DNA of 32,000 nucleotides from Nostoc punctiforme PCC 73102 (GCF_000020025.1 NC_010628.1:6510001-6542000), one strand, 5' to 3'; shown: positions 1-9,556, numbered from the stretch's first letter. Made by a program: numbers and translations. The notes: generated by a model from the letters alone, not told the origin.

Positions 1-254
1 GCAATTACAGTATGAATTTTTGGCGGAACTGAGATATCGATGGAGGTTTCTAGCGGCTCAATTGGGGTAGCATTAGCAAATAAAATGCGATCGCGCCATT
101 TTTCTTGGCGATCTATTAGGTCTTGTTGAGACTCATAAGCATTTTTTAGATGTTGTTGTGCCAATTCTAAACGCTGGCGACTGGCAGCAGCTTCTAAGGT
201 AAGATGCTGACTTAAGCCCTGCATTTGTCGCGCCAGTTTTGTTAAATCAAGCAT
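1..254 (-). CDS. Hypothetical protein, N-terminal part only (gene runs off the left edge)
   Basis: Own translation of the minus strand from ATG at 254-252 stays open to position 1 (MLDLTKLARQMQGLSQHLTLEAAASRQRLELAQQHLKNAYESQQDLIDRQEKWRDRILFANATPIEPLE...), about 84 codons. It is not in the ORF track because it is truncated. No family recognised. Confidence 0.45.
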   Translation of the reverse strand, partial: MLDLTKLARQMQGLSQHLTLEAAASRQRLELAQQHLKNAYESQQDLIDRQEKWRDRILFANATPIEPLETSIDISVPPKIHTVI

Positions 255-369
255 AAAGGTAAGTAATAAATTATAAATTAGGAGTGATAAATTAGTAGTT
301 TTAGTAATTCATTATGATTTATCTACATCTTTTAAATATCTCGCTCTATTGCCATTTTGCTAAAAAATT

Positions 370-543
370 AAAATAATTCGTAATTGATTATTACGCTTTA
401 ATACCTGCTAATGTAATTCGTAATAAAAGTAAGTTGGGATTTAGACCACTTACAAATTACGAATTACGTAAAGCCTGCGGCATAGCTTTGCTTAGAGCGT
501 AGCGGTAGCGAGCCCGCGAGCGTCATTACGAATTACGAATTAG
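370..543. repeat. Block of AATTACG/CGTAATT heptamer copies in both orientations, foldable as a long interrupted hairpin
   Basis: CATTACG AATTACG AATTAG at 524-543 abuts the stop codon (544-546) of the HAD gene. GTAATTCGTAAT (413-424) pairs with ATTACGAATTAC (456-467). An inner GTAAGT (429-434) pairs with ACTTAC (448-453). A further copy lies at about 376-385. Confidence 0.7.
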
Positions 544-1329
544 TTAAAGCCAAGCAGAAAAATCTCTGGCAAACTGAGACAGTGATAACACCTGAATTTG
601 CAGATCATTTTGAGCCGCTTCTCTTTCTGCTTGAGTGTTATAGCCCCAGTCTGCAAGGAACAGTTTCACATCTTCAAGGTCTGTTTGCTGTTGGACTAAC
701 TGCAATGTTTTGAGTCTATCTTCTACAAACCAGAGACTAACTGGCTTGTTTTCTGCTTGTTGTTTTAATTCTCGCAAAATTTCATATTTGGGACGCTTGA
801 CTTCTTTGCCAAAAATTGCTGCTGTCGGTAAATTAACTCCTTCTTGTTGGAGCAACTGCTGTACAAAACGTCCCTCTTTAGTGGTTACAATGTATAGCTT
901 AACTCCACTGTCAAGAGTTAATTTGATTTTTTCTACTACACCCGGATAAAATCTATGCAGACTTAGCCAACCGTCTAAATCCGTGGTAATCCATTCGTCA
1001 CGTTGGTTATCTAGTTTCGCAGCAATTTCTCTTGCTTGTAACTTGTCATTTAACAAAAGTTGTGGGGCGATGCTTAACCATTCATGAAAAATTTTTTCAT
1101 CAGGAATTCCATCTACTAGCGCTTTGATTAAAACGGGCATTTCCCAACCCGTCTCAATTACGGGGCGTAGGCGATAGAATCTCAAAGCTAAATCATCGCC
1201 TGGCGTGTCGTTAGCTGGCGACCAAATTTCACAGTAGGTACGCCACGCTACCTCAAAATATTCAATTAGTCCGTCGCAAATCACTCCATCAAAGTCCAGG
1301 GCTAAAATCGTGGGACTACTTGCGGTCAT
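544..1329 (-). CDS. HAD-superfamily hydrolase
   Basis: ORF track 544..1371. The long ORF begins with TTG. I prefer ATG at 1329 (MTASSPTILALDFDGVICDG), which puts HAD motif I (DxDG) about 10 aa from the N-terminus. Later VTTKEG and FVEDR segments fit HAD motifs II and IV. Confidence 0.8.
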   Translation of the reverse strand: MTASSPTILALDFDGVICDGLIEYFEVAWRTYCEIWSPANDTPGDDLALRFYRLRPVIETGWEMPVLIKALVDGIPDEKIFHEWLSIAPQLLLNDKLQAREIAAKLDNQRDEWITTDLDGWLSLHRFYPGVVEKIKLTLDSGVKLYIVTTKEGRFVQQLLQQEGVNLPTAAIFGKEVKRPKYEILRELKQQAENKPVSLWFVEDRLKTLQLVQQQTDLEDVKLFLADWGYNTQAEREAAQNDLQIQVLSLSQFARDFSAWL

Positions 1330-1461
1330 TGTTTTGAGGATTAAAACTGCTGTTGTCAGCTTACCCGACAAATTTAAATTATGCAGTAATTTTTGTTAGT
1401 CTTTTAGAATTTCTAACTTGCTCAAAAACTATGGTGGCATTTCTAATTTGATACTGGTGAG

Positions 1462-2031
1462 TTAACGAGGATCTACGGCAGGTTTATGAGCAACTAAACG
1501 AACTTGATTTTGCTTGACTACTACAGTGAGCAGTGGTAAAGAACGCTTTGCTGGGCCATGAAGGACTCGGCCCTGAGAATCATATTGAGATCCATGACAA
1601 GGACAAATAAAGTGATTCTTCTCAAGATCCCACTCAACTGTACATCCTAAATGGGTACAAGTTGGATTGATAGCATACTCAGCAATCTTTGGCCCGTCTT
1701 GAATGATGAGATAATCAACGCTATTGTCTGGCAAGCCTTTTACGAGAATTGGAATTCCAGACTTTGCAGTTGTTAATAGTGCATTAGTTTCGATTTGCTT
1801 ACCGTCTTTGTCTAGTGCAACAGATCCGGGAAGGTAATTTTCACAGCGCGAATTTTTTGGATAAAGGGAACAAAGGGTTTCTAGGCTGATCTCACGACCT
1901 TGGCTGACTTTGGGAAATAGATATGCGATCGCTACTGATGCAGCTGTACCACCTAGTGTGTAAGTTAAAAAATCCCGGCGCGTTTTTATTCTAGCTGGAA
2001 TTTTGCCATTAGTAAAAGAATTTTCTTTCAT
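1462..2031 (-). CDS. Rieske [2Fe-2S] protein, PetC-like paralogue with a Tat-type signal
   Basis: Rieske boxes CTHLGCTV and CPCHGSQYD. N-terminal TRRDFL twin-arginine motif followed by a hydrophobic helix. ATG at 2031 preferred over the TTG at 2046 of the ORF track. Confidence 0.9.
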   Translation of the reverse strand: MKENSFTNGKIPARIKTRRDFLTYTLGGTAASVAIAYLFPKVSQGREISLETLCSLYPKNSRCENYLPGSVALDKDGKQIETNALLTTAKSGIPILVKGLPDNSVDYLIIQDGPKIAEYAINPTCTHLGCTVEWDLEKNHFICPCHGSQYDSQGRVLHGPAKRSLPLLTVVVKQNQVRLVAHKPAVDPR

Positions 2032-2168
2032 GACCCGGTTTACCAAGAGAGGTCTACTAATATACTACGGTGCGATCGCTCTCATCAAAAATCAGATCGT
2101 CATCTTTGTCATATTTATTCTTATAGGTTGGGAATTATATGTATAGAATTTAATTGATAAAAGATGTT

Positions 2169-2675
2169 ATGCGCTCGCAACATGAACCACAAGTTTTTTC
2201 TGCTGTCATTAAAAATTCAATAATGCAAGGAGATATTTTATGTGAAACATCTAATAATTATCTGATAACCAAAACTTCTCTGATGCCCGATCTTTCCTGG
2301 GACAATCTTCGTATTCCAGAAATTAGCATTTATGGAATGACTATTATAGGTTTTCCTCATCTCCGAAAAGAGACTTACGATAATTGGATATCCATCAACA
2401 ACCAACCTTCATTTTTAACTCCATTGATGACAAATCTTCAGATCAATCTGGTTTCTAAGGAAGAGTTGAAAAAACTTGAAAAGAGGACTGATTATTTATG
2501 GTCTACGATATATACTTTGACTCGTCCAGGATTTTCTCAAGATTTTTCCCAGGCATTAATTCAAATAACTGGCTATTGTGCAGCAATTCCATGTAGCTAT
2601 GGGAATTTGCTGTATTTGGAAGGCACTGGCGAACAATGGCAAGTCAAGTCATCCTATGGTCTGTATAATCAATAG
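2169..2675 (+). CDS. Hypothetical protein
   Basis: ORF track 2154..2675 (first codon TTG; first ATG at 2169). No motif recognised. AT-rich. Confidence 0.4.
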   Translation: MRSQHEPQVFSAVIKNSIMQGDILCETSNNYLITKTSLMPDLSWDNLRIPEISIYGMTIIGFPHLRKETYDNWISINNQPSFLTPLMTNLQINLVSKEELKKLEKRTDYLWSTIYTLTRPGFSQDFSQALIQITGYCAAIPCSYGNLLYLEGTGEQWQVKSSYGLYNQ

Positions 2676-3019
2676 AAAAAATCTATTTTTGATTCATGCT
2701 TGGCATTAAAATTCTATGTTTGGGCAATTACTCAAAAAATTAGTCCCATATTAACTTTACTATGATTCAATTGGCGCAAAGGGAAGTGATGGAGATTCGT
2801 ACATCAAAATCATGAAAGCCAATACCCGGAATTTTATAAAGTATTGAGAAAAATATCCACAATTTAAACCAAAGAAGTAAATTTATCTGAGCGAATATCT
2901 AACCTAAGAGGTGTTTCGCTCAAATTTAGCCTCAAAGTCTCTCCAGAGAAAGAACTCTTTATCCCTTCACTTTTTTAAAATGTTATTAGGAAAACTACAT
3001 CGTTTAAGACCTGAAAACC

Positions 3020-3355
3020 ATGACTGAGAATAATCAAGAAAATCAAATTAATCAACCAGTAAGTGAAGATTGGCATTCTCGTGAAGAACCCAATGTCAAA
3101 GAAAGAAACTTAACCGCAAATCCGGGAGATAGAATTGCTGATGAGTCTCAACCTGTTGAAGAAAAGGCTAAACAGGTTGCTGTTGATGATGTCCCAGACA
3201 TTACAGGTGACAAAATTACAGTCCCGACTTACTTCGTTGTAGATGAACCCGACGGTGAAAAGAAGGCACTACACCATGTTAAAGATGCTGAAGAGATTTC
3301 TGACGTAATTCGGCAAGCACGAGTAGACGAAAATGGAAATCGAGTTTGGTGGTAG
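3020..3355 (+). CDS. Hypothetical acidic protein
   Basis: 111-aa ORF with an ATG start, rich in D/E. No motif recognised. Confidence 0.45.
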   Translation: MTENNQENQINQPVSEDWHSREEPNVKERNLTANPGDRIADESQPVEEKAKQVAVDDVPDITGDKITVPTYFVVDEPDGEKKALHHVKDAEEISDVIRQARVDENGNRVWW

Positions 3356-3483
3356 TCGTTTATTGAAGAGAGACGGGGACACGGAGAGTTGTTTCTTTGT
3401 GTCCTCGTATCTGTCTTGTTTGCTCAAGTGGCTCTATTAATGACGCACTCAGAATCTGGAAATGTTACTTAGGATAAAGGCTA

Positions 3484-4221
3484 ATGGCAAATGTAACAAG
3501 TAGCAAAGAATTAATATATTGGAGTACATCAAAAATTAAAAATCAAATTTTAGAACTTGTTAAAAATCGCAATGTAGAACCGTTAAAAACCAAAGTAGAA
3601 TTTTATAAAAATGAATTAGCACTATATTTTACAGAGTTAAGCCGACGTAATCCCTTTAGTAAGGTTGCAGATCAAGTGGCGATCGTTACGGGAGTATGGG
3701 TACCAATATGGTCTACTATACCTTTTCAAGATATTTTACCTGGTAGGATACACGAGCAGTCTTACCAAATTTTCCATAATGATGGTTACTATGCAAATAT
3801 TGCCCGTTATGCACCAGGACATCAGTCTGGTTTTTGGAAAAAAATTGCATCCAAACTACCAGCTTATGACTTAATGTTGTTGCAAAAATATTCAGTTAGA
3901 GATGAGCAGTGGGATATTAAAAATGTTGGGATATTCCAAGCATTGAAAAATAGAGAAATTTCGTTGACAATTGACTGTGCAGACGAATGGTTTACGACAA
4001 CAATTAAATCTAAATTGAAGAAGACATCACCAAACATAGATTTACAGCCAGAACTTTTATTAAAAGATATGGACAGGAATACTGTCAAAAAATTTGAAAA
4101 AGTTTACTTAGCTACTTCTTTTTTAGAGCATATATATATAGATAATGACTTTCGTTTAGTTAAGAGTCAACGAGAAGCAACACAGCGACCAAGTTATACA
4201 ATAGCTATTCGTAGACGTTAA
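3484..4221 (+). CDS. Hypothetical protein, weak PAP/fibrillin-like features
   Basis: 245-aa ORF with ATG preceded by AGGATAAAGG. GVWVPIWST and the C-terminal IYIDNDFRLVKSQ resemble the GxWxLxYT and YLDxDLRI motifs of fibrillins. This is from memory only. Very AT-rich: 16 G+C in the 60 nt at 3541-3600. Confidence 0.55.
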   Translation: MANVTSSKELIYWSTSKIKNQILELVKNRNVEPLKTKVEFYKNELALYFTELSRRNPFSKVADQVAIVTGVWVPIWSTIPFQDILPGRIHEQSYQIFHNDGYYANIARYAPGHQSGFWKKIASKLPAYDLMLLQKYSVRDEQWDIKNVGIFQALKNREISLTIDCADEWFTTTIKSKLKKTSPNIDLQPELLLKDMDRNTVKKFEKVYLATSFLEHIYIDNDFRLVKSQREATQRPSYTIAIRRR

Positions 4222-4242
4222 ACTAAGAAAATTTTTAATTTT

Positions 4243-4911
4243 ATGCCGTCACTACAACAACAAGTTACTTCTACCGACAGTTATAATTACTTACTATTCT
4301 TGCCCAATGGACTGCACCCAAATGGGAGCCGCAACGAAACACAAGAGCCACTTTTACCAACAATTGTATCTTTACACGGTTCGGGTGAGCGAGGCTCTTA
4401 CTTAAATCATGTGAAAAAGCACGGTGTCGCCAAGGTTGTAGAACAACAGCCAGATTTTCCCTTCATTGTCATTTCTCCCCAATGTCCGCGCGGTGAATAT
4501 TGGAATATAGAGCGATTAAGCACCCTTCTGGATGAGGTTATTGCATCCTATCCTGTTGATCCAGATCGGGTTTACCTGACCGGTTTAAGCATGGGTGGTT
4601 ACGGAACCTGGCATTTAGCAGCAGCGCAGCCAGAACGATTTGCTGCGATCGCGCCTATCTGTGGCGGTGGTAATCCAGCCCAAGCACATAAGCTGAAAAA
4701 CCTTCCTGTGTGGGCATTTCATGGAGCAAAAGATAATGTCGTTCCCTCAAGCGAGTCCGAAATCATGGTTTCTGCACTCAAAGCCCACGATGGGAATGTG
4801 AAATTTACAGTTTATCCAGAAGCCGATCACGACTCATGGACGCAGACATACAATAATCCAGAGTTGTATGAGTGGTTTCTACAGTATCGACGACAGCCGA
4901 CTTTAGATTAA
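4243..4911 (+). CDS. Alpha/beta-hydrolase esterase (phospholipase/carboxylesterase or PHB-depolymerase-type)
   Basis: HGSGERG, nucleophile elbow GLSMGGYGTW (GxSxG), FHGAKDNVVP and ADHDSW give a Ser-Asp-His order. Confidence 0.85.
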   Translation: MPSLQQQVTSTDSYNYLLFLPNGLHPNGSRNETQEPLLPTIVSLHGSGERGSYLNHVKKHGVAKVVEQQPDFPFIVISPQCPRGEYWNIERLSTLLDEVIASYPVDPDRVYLTGLSMGGYGTWHLAAAQPERFAAIAPICGGGNPAQAHKLKNLPVWAFHGAKDNVVPSSESEIMVSALKAHDGNVKFTVYPEADHDSWTQTYNNPELYEWFLQYRRQPTLD

Positions 4912-5273
4912 AGATATTTTTTTCTGCATTTGAATACATCTCTAAATTAAAATCGCAATACAATCATTCAATTAGTTAGACTTGCTAGGATTTACGCAAG
5001 AGCTATTGCCCTAACTTCAACATATTTTCATCAAAAATATTTTTTAGCGCCCAAAGATTAAAACTTCTAACAAGTCACCACTTGCACCTTTGACATCAGA
5101 GTATATAACTTCAATAATGTTCTTACGTACAAATCCGTAGTCATATAGGATTCTTATTTCATTTTTGCCAAATATACTGAGAACTAGAAACATATCTAGC
5201 TAGCTCTTAGTCAGTTTTGCTTTGAAAAATCAAATGGGATTGCTATACGAATTGGCATTAATAGGGTTGCATT

Positions 5274-5579
5274 ATGCTTTTCTCGAATTCAAAAACTAAC
5301 TTAAAAACTCGCCAAAAAAATAATAAAATAGGTACAGTTTTTTGGACTCATACTAACGTTGTGCTACTCACTGGATATTTAATAATTTTACCAATTTGTA
5401 CATTGACAACTTTATCCTTATTATTGCCCTTATTGACTGCTAGTTTATTCGCTTCCATTGGAACCTCGCACTACTCTACATCGATTCCTTGGATAGATGA
5501 TGCCTCTGAATGTGAATATACAGGGAGAAACTGGCGCGATCGCAAGTGTTGGGATAATCAACACGATCCGATGTTCTAA
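5274..5579 (+). CDS. Possible small membrane protein
   Basis: 101-aa ORF with two hydrophobic stretches and a Cys-containing tail (CEYTGRNWRDRKCWD). No homology recognised. Confidence 0.3.
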   Translation: MLFSNSKTNLKTRQKNNKIGTVFWTHTNVVLLTGYLIILPICTLTTLSLLLPLLTASLFASIGTSHYSTSIPWIDDASECEYTGRNWRDRKCWDNQHDPMF

Positions 5580-5626
5580 ATGGATATTCCACAAAGAGGT
5601 GTGTAAATAATTAGAACAATTGCTTA

Positions 5627-5695
5627 ATTTGACAAAACAGGCTATCAGTCTTGAAATTAGATCAAAATGGATATGTAGCCTGTTGTTTGTCAAAT
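5627..5695 (+). promoter_or_regulatory. Imperfect 18-20 bp inverted repeat ending 2 nt before the GTPase start codon
   Basis: ATTTGACAAAACAGGCTA (5627-5644) and TAGCCTGTTGTTTGTCAAAT (5676-5695) are reverse complements apart from a 2-nt bulge. Spacer is 31 nt. Confidence 0.4.
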
Positions 5696-5696
5696 C

Positions 5697-7061
5697 TTGA
5701 ATCAACCTAACTTTGTGCGAAATCTGCAAGAAACTCATTTAAATCGTGCCCGCGCTAGTCTCAGACAAGCACTGTCTTGGTATGGATATCTCCGCAAATC
5801 AGGACAGTTGTCATCTAACCCGGAATTGGCAGGTTTGTTAAAACCGGAATTGGAAGCTTTGAACTCTACACTCAACAAGCTGGACTCTAACGTGATTAGA
5901 ATTGCCGCTTTTGGTTTGGTGAGTCGCGGTAAGTCAGCAGTTTTAAATGCTTTACTGGGAGACAAAATTTTGCAAACTGGGCCCCTAAATGGTGTCACTC
6001 AATGGCCCCGTTCGGTGCGTTGGCAGCCAGGAGGTAAGGTACTAGTAGAGTTAATTGATACCCCAGGATTAGATGAAATTGAGGGTGAGTCACGGGCGGA
6101 TATGGCACGAGAAGTTGTGCATCAGGCGGATTTGATTTTGTTTGTCGTGTCTGGTGATATCACGCGCACTGAGTATCAGGCATTGCTAGAATTGCGGCGA
6201 TCGCAAAAACCCCTGATCTTAGTATTTAACAAAATCGACCTTTACCCAGATACAGACCGGGGAGCGATTTACCAAAATTTGCAACAATTGGGTGCTGGGC
6301 ATCCTGAAGCAAAGCCTCTATTAACTGATGAAATTGTCATGATGGCGGCGGAACCAGCAGCAATGGAAGTGCGGGTTGAGTGGCCTGATGGGCGTGTCAG
6401 TTATGAATGGGAGACACCACCACCGCAAGTAGACGAACTCAAAGAAACAATTCTGAACATTCTGAATCGGGAAGGGCGATCGCTTCTGGCTTTAAATGCC
6501 CTCATCCAAGCACGGGATGCAGAAACCGCGATCGCTCAAAAAACCATCGATTTACGCGAACAAGAAGCTGAAAATATCATTTGGCAATTTACCAAATACA
6601 AAGCTTTGGCAGTAATGCTCAATCCCATCGCTTTCTTAGATATCCTTGGCGGAACTGTTGCCGATTTAGCTTTAATTCGCGCTCTAGCTAGATTATATGG
6701 TTTGCCGATGACTAGCTATGAAGCCGGAAAAATTTTAAAAACGATTTTATTTAGTTCTGGTGGCTTGCTACTGGGGGAACTAGGTAGTAGTTTTATTTTG
6801 GGCTTAGGTAAAACTACTGCTGCAATAACCAGTGCTGACAATCCCAGCAATATTAGTGCTTTTGCTGGGAGTGCGATCGCTCAAGCTGGTATCGCTGGTT
6901 ATGGTGCATACTCCGTTGGCAAAGCCGCTCAGGTGTATCTCGAAAAAGGCTGCACTTGGGGACAGTTGGGCGCTAGCAGTGTAATTCAAGAAATTCTCTC
7001 TCAAGTCGATCAGAATACAATTCTGTATCGTTTGCGACAAGAGCTAGGCATAAAATATTGA
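5697..7061 (+). CDS. GTP-binding protein with a C-terminal DUF697/YcjF-like membrane-associated domain
   Basis: G1 P-loop GLVSRGKSAVLNALLG, G3 DTPGLDE, G4 FNKIDL (NKxD). Gly/Ala-rich hydrophobic C-terminal half. The ORF starts with TTG and has no nearby ATG. Confidence 0.85.
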   Translation: MNQPNFVRNLQETHLNRARASLRQALSWYGYLRKSGQLSSNPELAGLLKPELEALNSTLNKLDSNVIRIAAFGLVSRGKSAVLNALLGDKILQTGPLNGVTQWPRSVRWQPGGKVLVELIDTPGLDEIEGESRADMAREVVHQADLILFVVSGDITRTEYQALLELRRSQKPLILVFNKIDLYPDTDRGAIYQNLQQLGAGHPEAKPLLTDEIVMMAAEPAAMEVRVEWPDGRVSYEWETPPPQVDELKETILNILNREGRSLLALNALIQARDAETAIAQKTIDLREQEAENIIWQFTKYKALAVMLNPIAFLDILGGTVADLALIRALARLYGLPMTSYEAGKILKTILFSSGGLLLGELGSSFILGLGKTTAAITSADNPSNISAFAGSAIAQAGIAGYGAYSVGKAAQVYLEKGCTWGQLGASSVIQEILSQVDQNTILYRLRQELGIKY

Positions 7062-7256
7062 GAATAAATAAATTCTATTAAGCATTTGTTACCGTTTACA
7101 AGTGTTTATGAACTTCTATCAAGCTCTTCTGACAATTGACTGACATTTCGAATTTGGGATGCAAGATTGAGGGAACAGGTTACAGGGAAAAGGTTATAGA
7201 AAAAACTATCCTCTATCCCCTAATATCTATCTGCGTAAATTAAAGGTGAAAGGATC

Positions 7257-7517
7257 ATGACAACTACCCTAAACTCATTTGAAACTGCTGGTGCAGCAAA
7301 TCTTGAAGAAGCTATTACTGAAGCCATTACTGAAGCTCGCACAACTTGTGAGCTAAATGGCAGCGATTCTGCTAATTGTGCCGTAGCCTGGGACATTGTG
7401 GAAGAATTGCAAGCTGAGAAATCCGATCAACAGCAAGCAAAAGCAAAGAAAAACTCTTTAGAAAACTATTGCGATCGCCATCCAGCTTCCGTAGAATGTC
7501 TAATCTACGACGTTTAA
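7257..7517 (+). CDS. cp12: CP12 (Calvin-cycle GAPDH/PRK regulator)
   Basis: AWDIVEEL core motif, C-terminal Cys pair CDRHPASVECLIYD and N-terminal Cys pair CELNGSDSANC. 86 aa. Confidence 0.9.
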   Translation: MTTTLNSFETAGAANLEEAITEAITEARTTCELNGSDSANCAVAWDIVEELQAEKSDQQQAKAKKNSLENYCDRHPASVECLIYDV

Positions 7518-8332
7518 CTTTTCCGTAAATCAGTTGTTGCTGATTGCGTTATTTGCTTAATCGCCTCTAAATCAGGTAATGGTATTTCACTTTCCATTGC
7601 CAACCACAAAAGATATTCGATATTCCCAGCCGGGCCAGTGATCGGCGACCAAGTTAAGCCTTTATATTTCCATCCTAATCCGTGGGCTACTTGTAACACC
7701 TGGAAAATAGCATCAGCTTGGTCGTTTGGATCTCGCACAACACCTTTTTTACCCACACGGGATCTGCCGACTTCAAACTGTGGCTTGACTAACAATACAG
7801 CTTCTCGGTTAGCTTGAGTTAGTTGCCACAAAGCAGGCAGAATCTTAGTTAAAGAAATAAACGATACATCAACCACCGCCAAATCAGGAATCGGATCGTT
7901 TTCGCTATATAACTCATCTGGTCGTAGTTGGCGTAAATTGGTACGTTCTCGCAAAATCACCCGCGAATCATTTCGCAACCGCCAGTCAACTTGTCCGTAA
8001 CCGACATCAATGCCGTAAACTTGTTTTGCTCCAGCTTGCAAGAGACAATCAGTAAAACCACCTGTAGAAATCCCACCATCTAAACAAATACGCTCTGCTA
8101 CAGGGATGGCAAATACTGACAAAGCTTTGGAGAGTTTTTCACCGCCTCTAGAAACAAAAGGCGATCGCTCTTTAATATTTATTTGAGCCGAAATATCAAC
8201 TTCAGTACCAGGCTTATCAACTAGCTGCTGATTAACAGTCACTTCCCCCGCCTGAATTAACCTTTGTGCCAAGGCGCGAGAAGAACATAAATTTAGCTCT
8301 ACTAATAGTGTGTCGAGTCGCTGTTTAGCCAA
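7514..8332 (-). CDS. tlyA: TlyA-family rRNA 2'-O-methyltransferase
   Basis: S4-like N-terminus RLDTLLVELNLCSSRALAQRLIQAGEVTVN. FtsJ-type SAM fold CLDGGISTGGFTDCLLQAGAKQVYGIDVG. 272 aa. Confidence 0.9.
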   Translation of the reverse strand: MAKQRLDTLLVELNLCSSRALAQRLIQAGEVTVNQQLVDKPGTEVDISAQINIKERSPFVSRGGEKLSKALSVFAIPVAERICLDGGISTGGFTDCLLQAGAKQVYGIDVGYGQVDWRLRNDSRVILRERTNLRQLRPDELYSENDPIPDLAVVDVSFISLTKILPALWQLTQANREAVLLVKPQFEVGRSRVGKKGVVRDPNDQADAIFQVLQVAHGLGWKYKGLTWSPITGPAGNIEYLLWLAMESEIPLPDLEAIKQITQSATTDLRKS

Positions 8333-8587
8333 TTAACTAGACTCTCCTGGTGAGATTAAAACCAAAGCACTTGAAAATCCAGCTAGAAACATCTTACTGC
8401 AAGGATTGGGTACGGTAGTCAATACCAAAACCTCTACGAAGCTTGAGGATTTGACACTTTCAGCTTTAGAGAGACTGAGTTTCCCGTATCCCGTATATTA
8501 CTATGGAAAACAAAACCCATCTAGAAAGTATCTAAATGGGAAAATTTTTGGTGAATTTTTGAATTCGCCAACAGGACGCATTTTTAG

Positions 8588-9364
8588 CTAAATACATATT
8601 TTCAGGGGCTGCCCATCCTGAAAAACTAGTAATTCTCCCGGTTGGATTTTTGTCCAAACTTCGTTGTCTGTGAGGGGAGTCGTAGCAATGACAGCAACGC
8701 GATCGCGTTCGGTAGTCACTTCCCGAAAATCTACGGTCATGTCTTGATCGATCAAATGGGCAGCTGCAAAGGGCGCTTGACGGACAATGTAGCTGAGGTT
8801 AGTTGAACAATAAGCAAAAAAGTGTTCTCCATCAGATAATAAGTAATTGAATATACCTATTTTTGCAATTGCATCACTAATTTGTTTTAGTACAGGGTAC
8901 AGTTTCTTGATGTCAGGCTTACCATCGGGAAAGCGCGATCGCAATGTTTCTAGCATCATACAGAATGCTTTTTCACTATCTGTATCACCTACAGCTTGAT
9001 AAAAGCCCAAATTTTCTGGATCAAAATTTGGCAAATTACCGTTGTGAGCAAATACCCAATACTGACCCCACAATTCTCTACGGAAAGGATGGCAGTTGTG
9101 TAAGGCAACTTCACCCTGAGTAGCTTTACGGATATGGGCTATGACATGGGTTGAATGGATGGGATAACTCCGCACCAACTCCGCTACTGGAGAAGCAACA
9201 GAAGGTTGGGCATCTAAAAACATCCGACATCCCTTCCCTTCAAAGAAAGCAATGCCCCAACCATCGCTATGATCATCCGTTTTTCCTCCCCGTGCAGAAA
9301 ACCCTTCAAAAGAAAAGCAAATATCCGTTGGAACATTGCAATTCATTCCGAGCAATTGGCACAT
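8588..9364 (-). CDS. Class II (Ntn) glutamine amidotransferase, YafJ-type
   Basis: Starts MCQLLG (Cys nucleophile at position 2). DGWGIAFF and FAHNGN motifs. Confidence 0.9.
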   Translation of the reverse strand: MCQLLGMNCNVPTDICFSFEGFSARGGKTDDHSDGWGIAFFEGKGCRMFLDAQPSVASPVAELVRSYPIHSTHVIAHIRKATQGEVALHNCHPFRRELWGQYWVFAHNGNLPNFDPENLGFYQAVGDTDSEKAFCMMLETLRSRFPDGKPDIKKLYPVLKQISDAIAKIGIFNYLLSDGEHFFAYCSTNLSYIVRQAPFAAAHLIDQDMTVDFREVTTERDRVAVIATTPLTDNEVWTKIQPGELLVFQDGQPLKICI

Positions 9365-9460
9365 GAATGTTGCACTCTAAATTTTCGACTAAGGTCTCAG
9401 GATCAAGATACTTCAGAATGCTGCATTGATTCTGGAGCGATCGCTTCAATGTTGGAATTT

Positions 9461-9488
9461 AATTGGGAATTGGGAATGGGGAATTGGA
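9461..9488. repeat. STRR-like heptamer tandem repeat (AATTGGG-type)
   Basis: AATTGGG AATTGGG AATGGGG AATTGGA read directly. It resembles the complement of the CCCCAAT-type repeat at 28658. Confidence 0.7.
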
Positions 9489-9536
9489 TATGCTTATTTT
9501 CTATGTCCTTTGCTGTACTGTTAATATTTTTTAACA

Positions 9537-9556
9537 AATTACGAATTACGAATTAT
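9537..9556. repeat. AATTACG heptamer repeat abutting the purE stop codon
   Basis: AATTACG AATTACG AATTAT at 9537-9556. The purE stop (CTA on the plus strand) is at 9557-9559. Confidence 0.75.

Noticed and set aside
5445-5738. 97-aa minus-strand ORF spanning the small-ORF/GTPase spacer.
   Set aside because: It overlaps the inverted repeat and the GTPase start, and has no start context or motifs. Likely spurious.
8406-8591. 61-aa plus-strand ORF between tlyA and the amidotransferase gene.
   Set aside because: It has a non-ATG start, no ribosome-binding site, low-complexity sequence and no motif. It lies in the tlyA promoter region.
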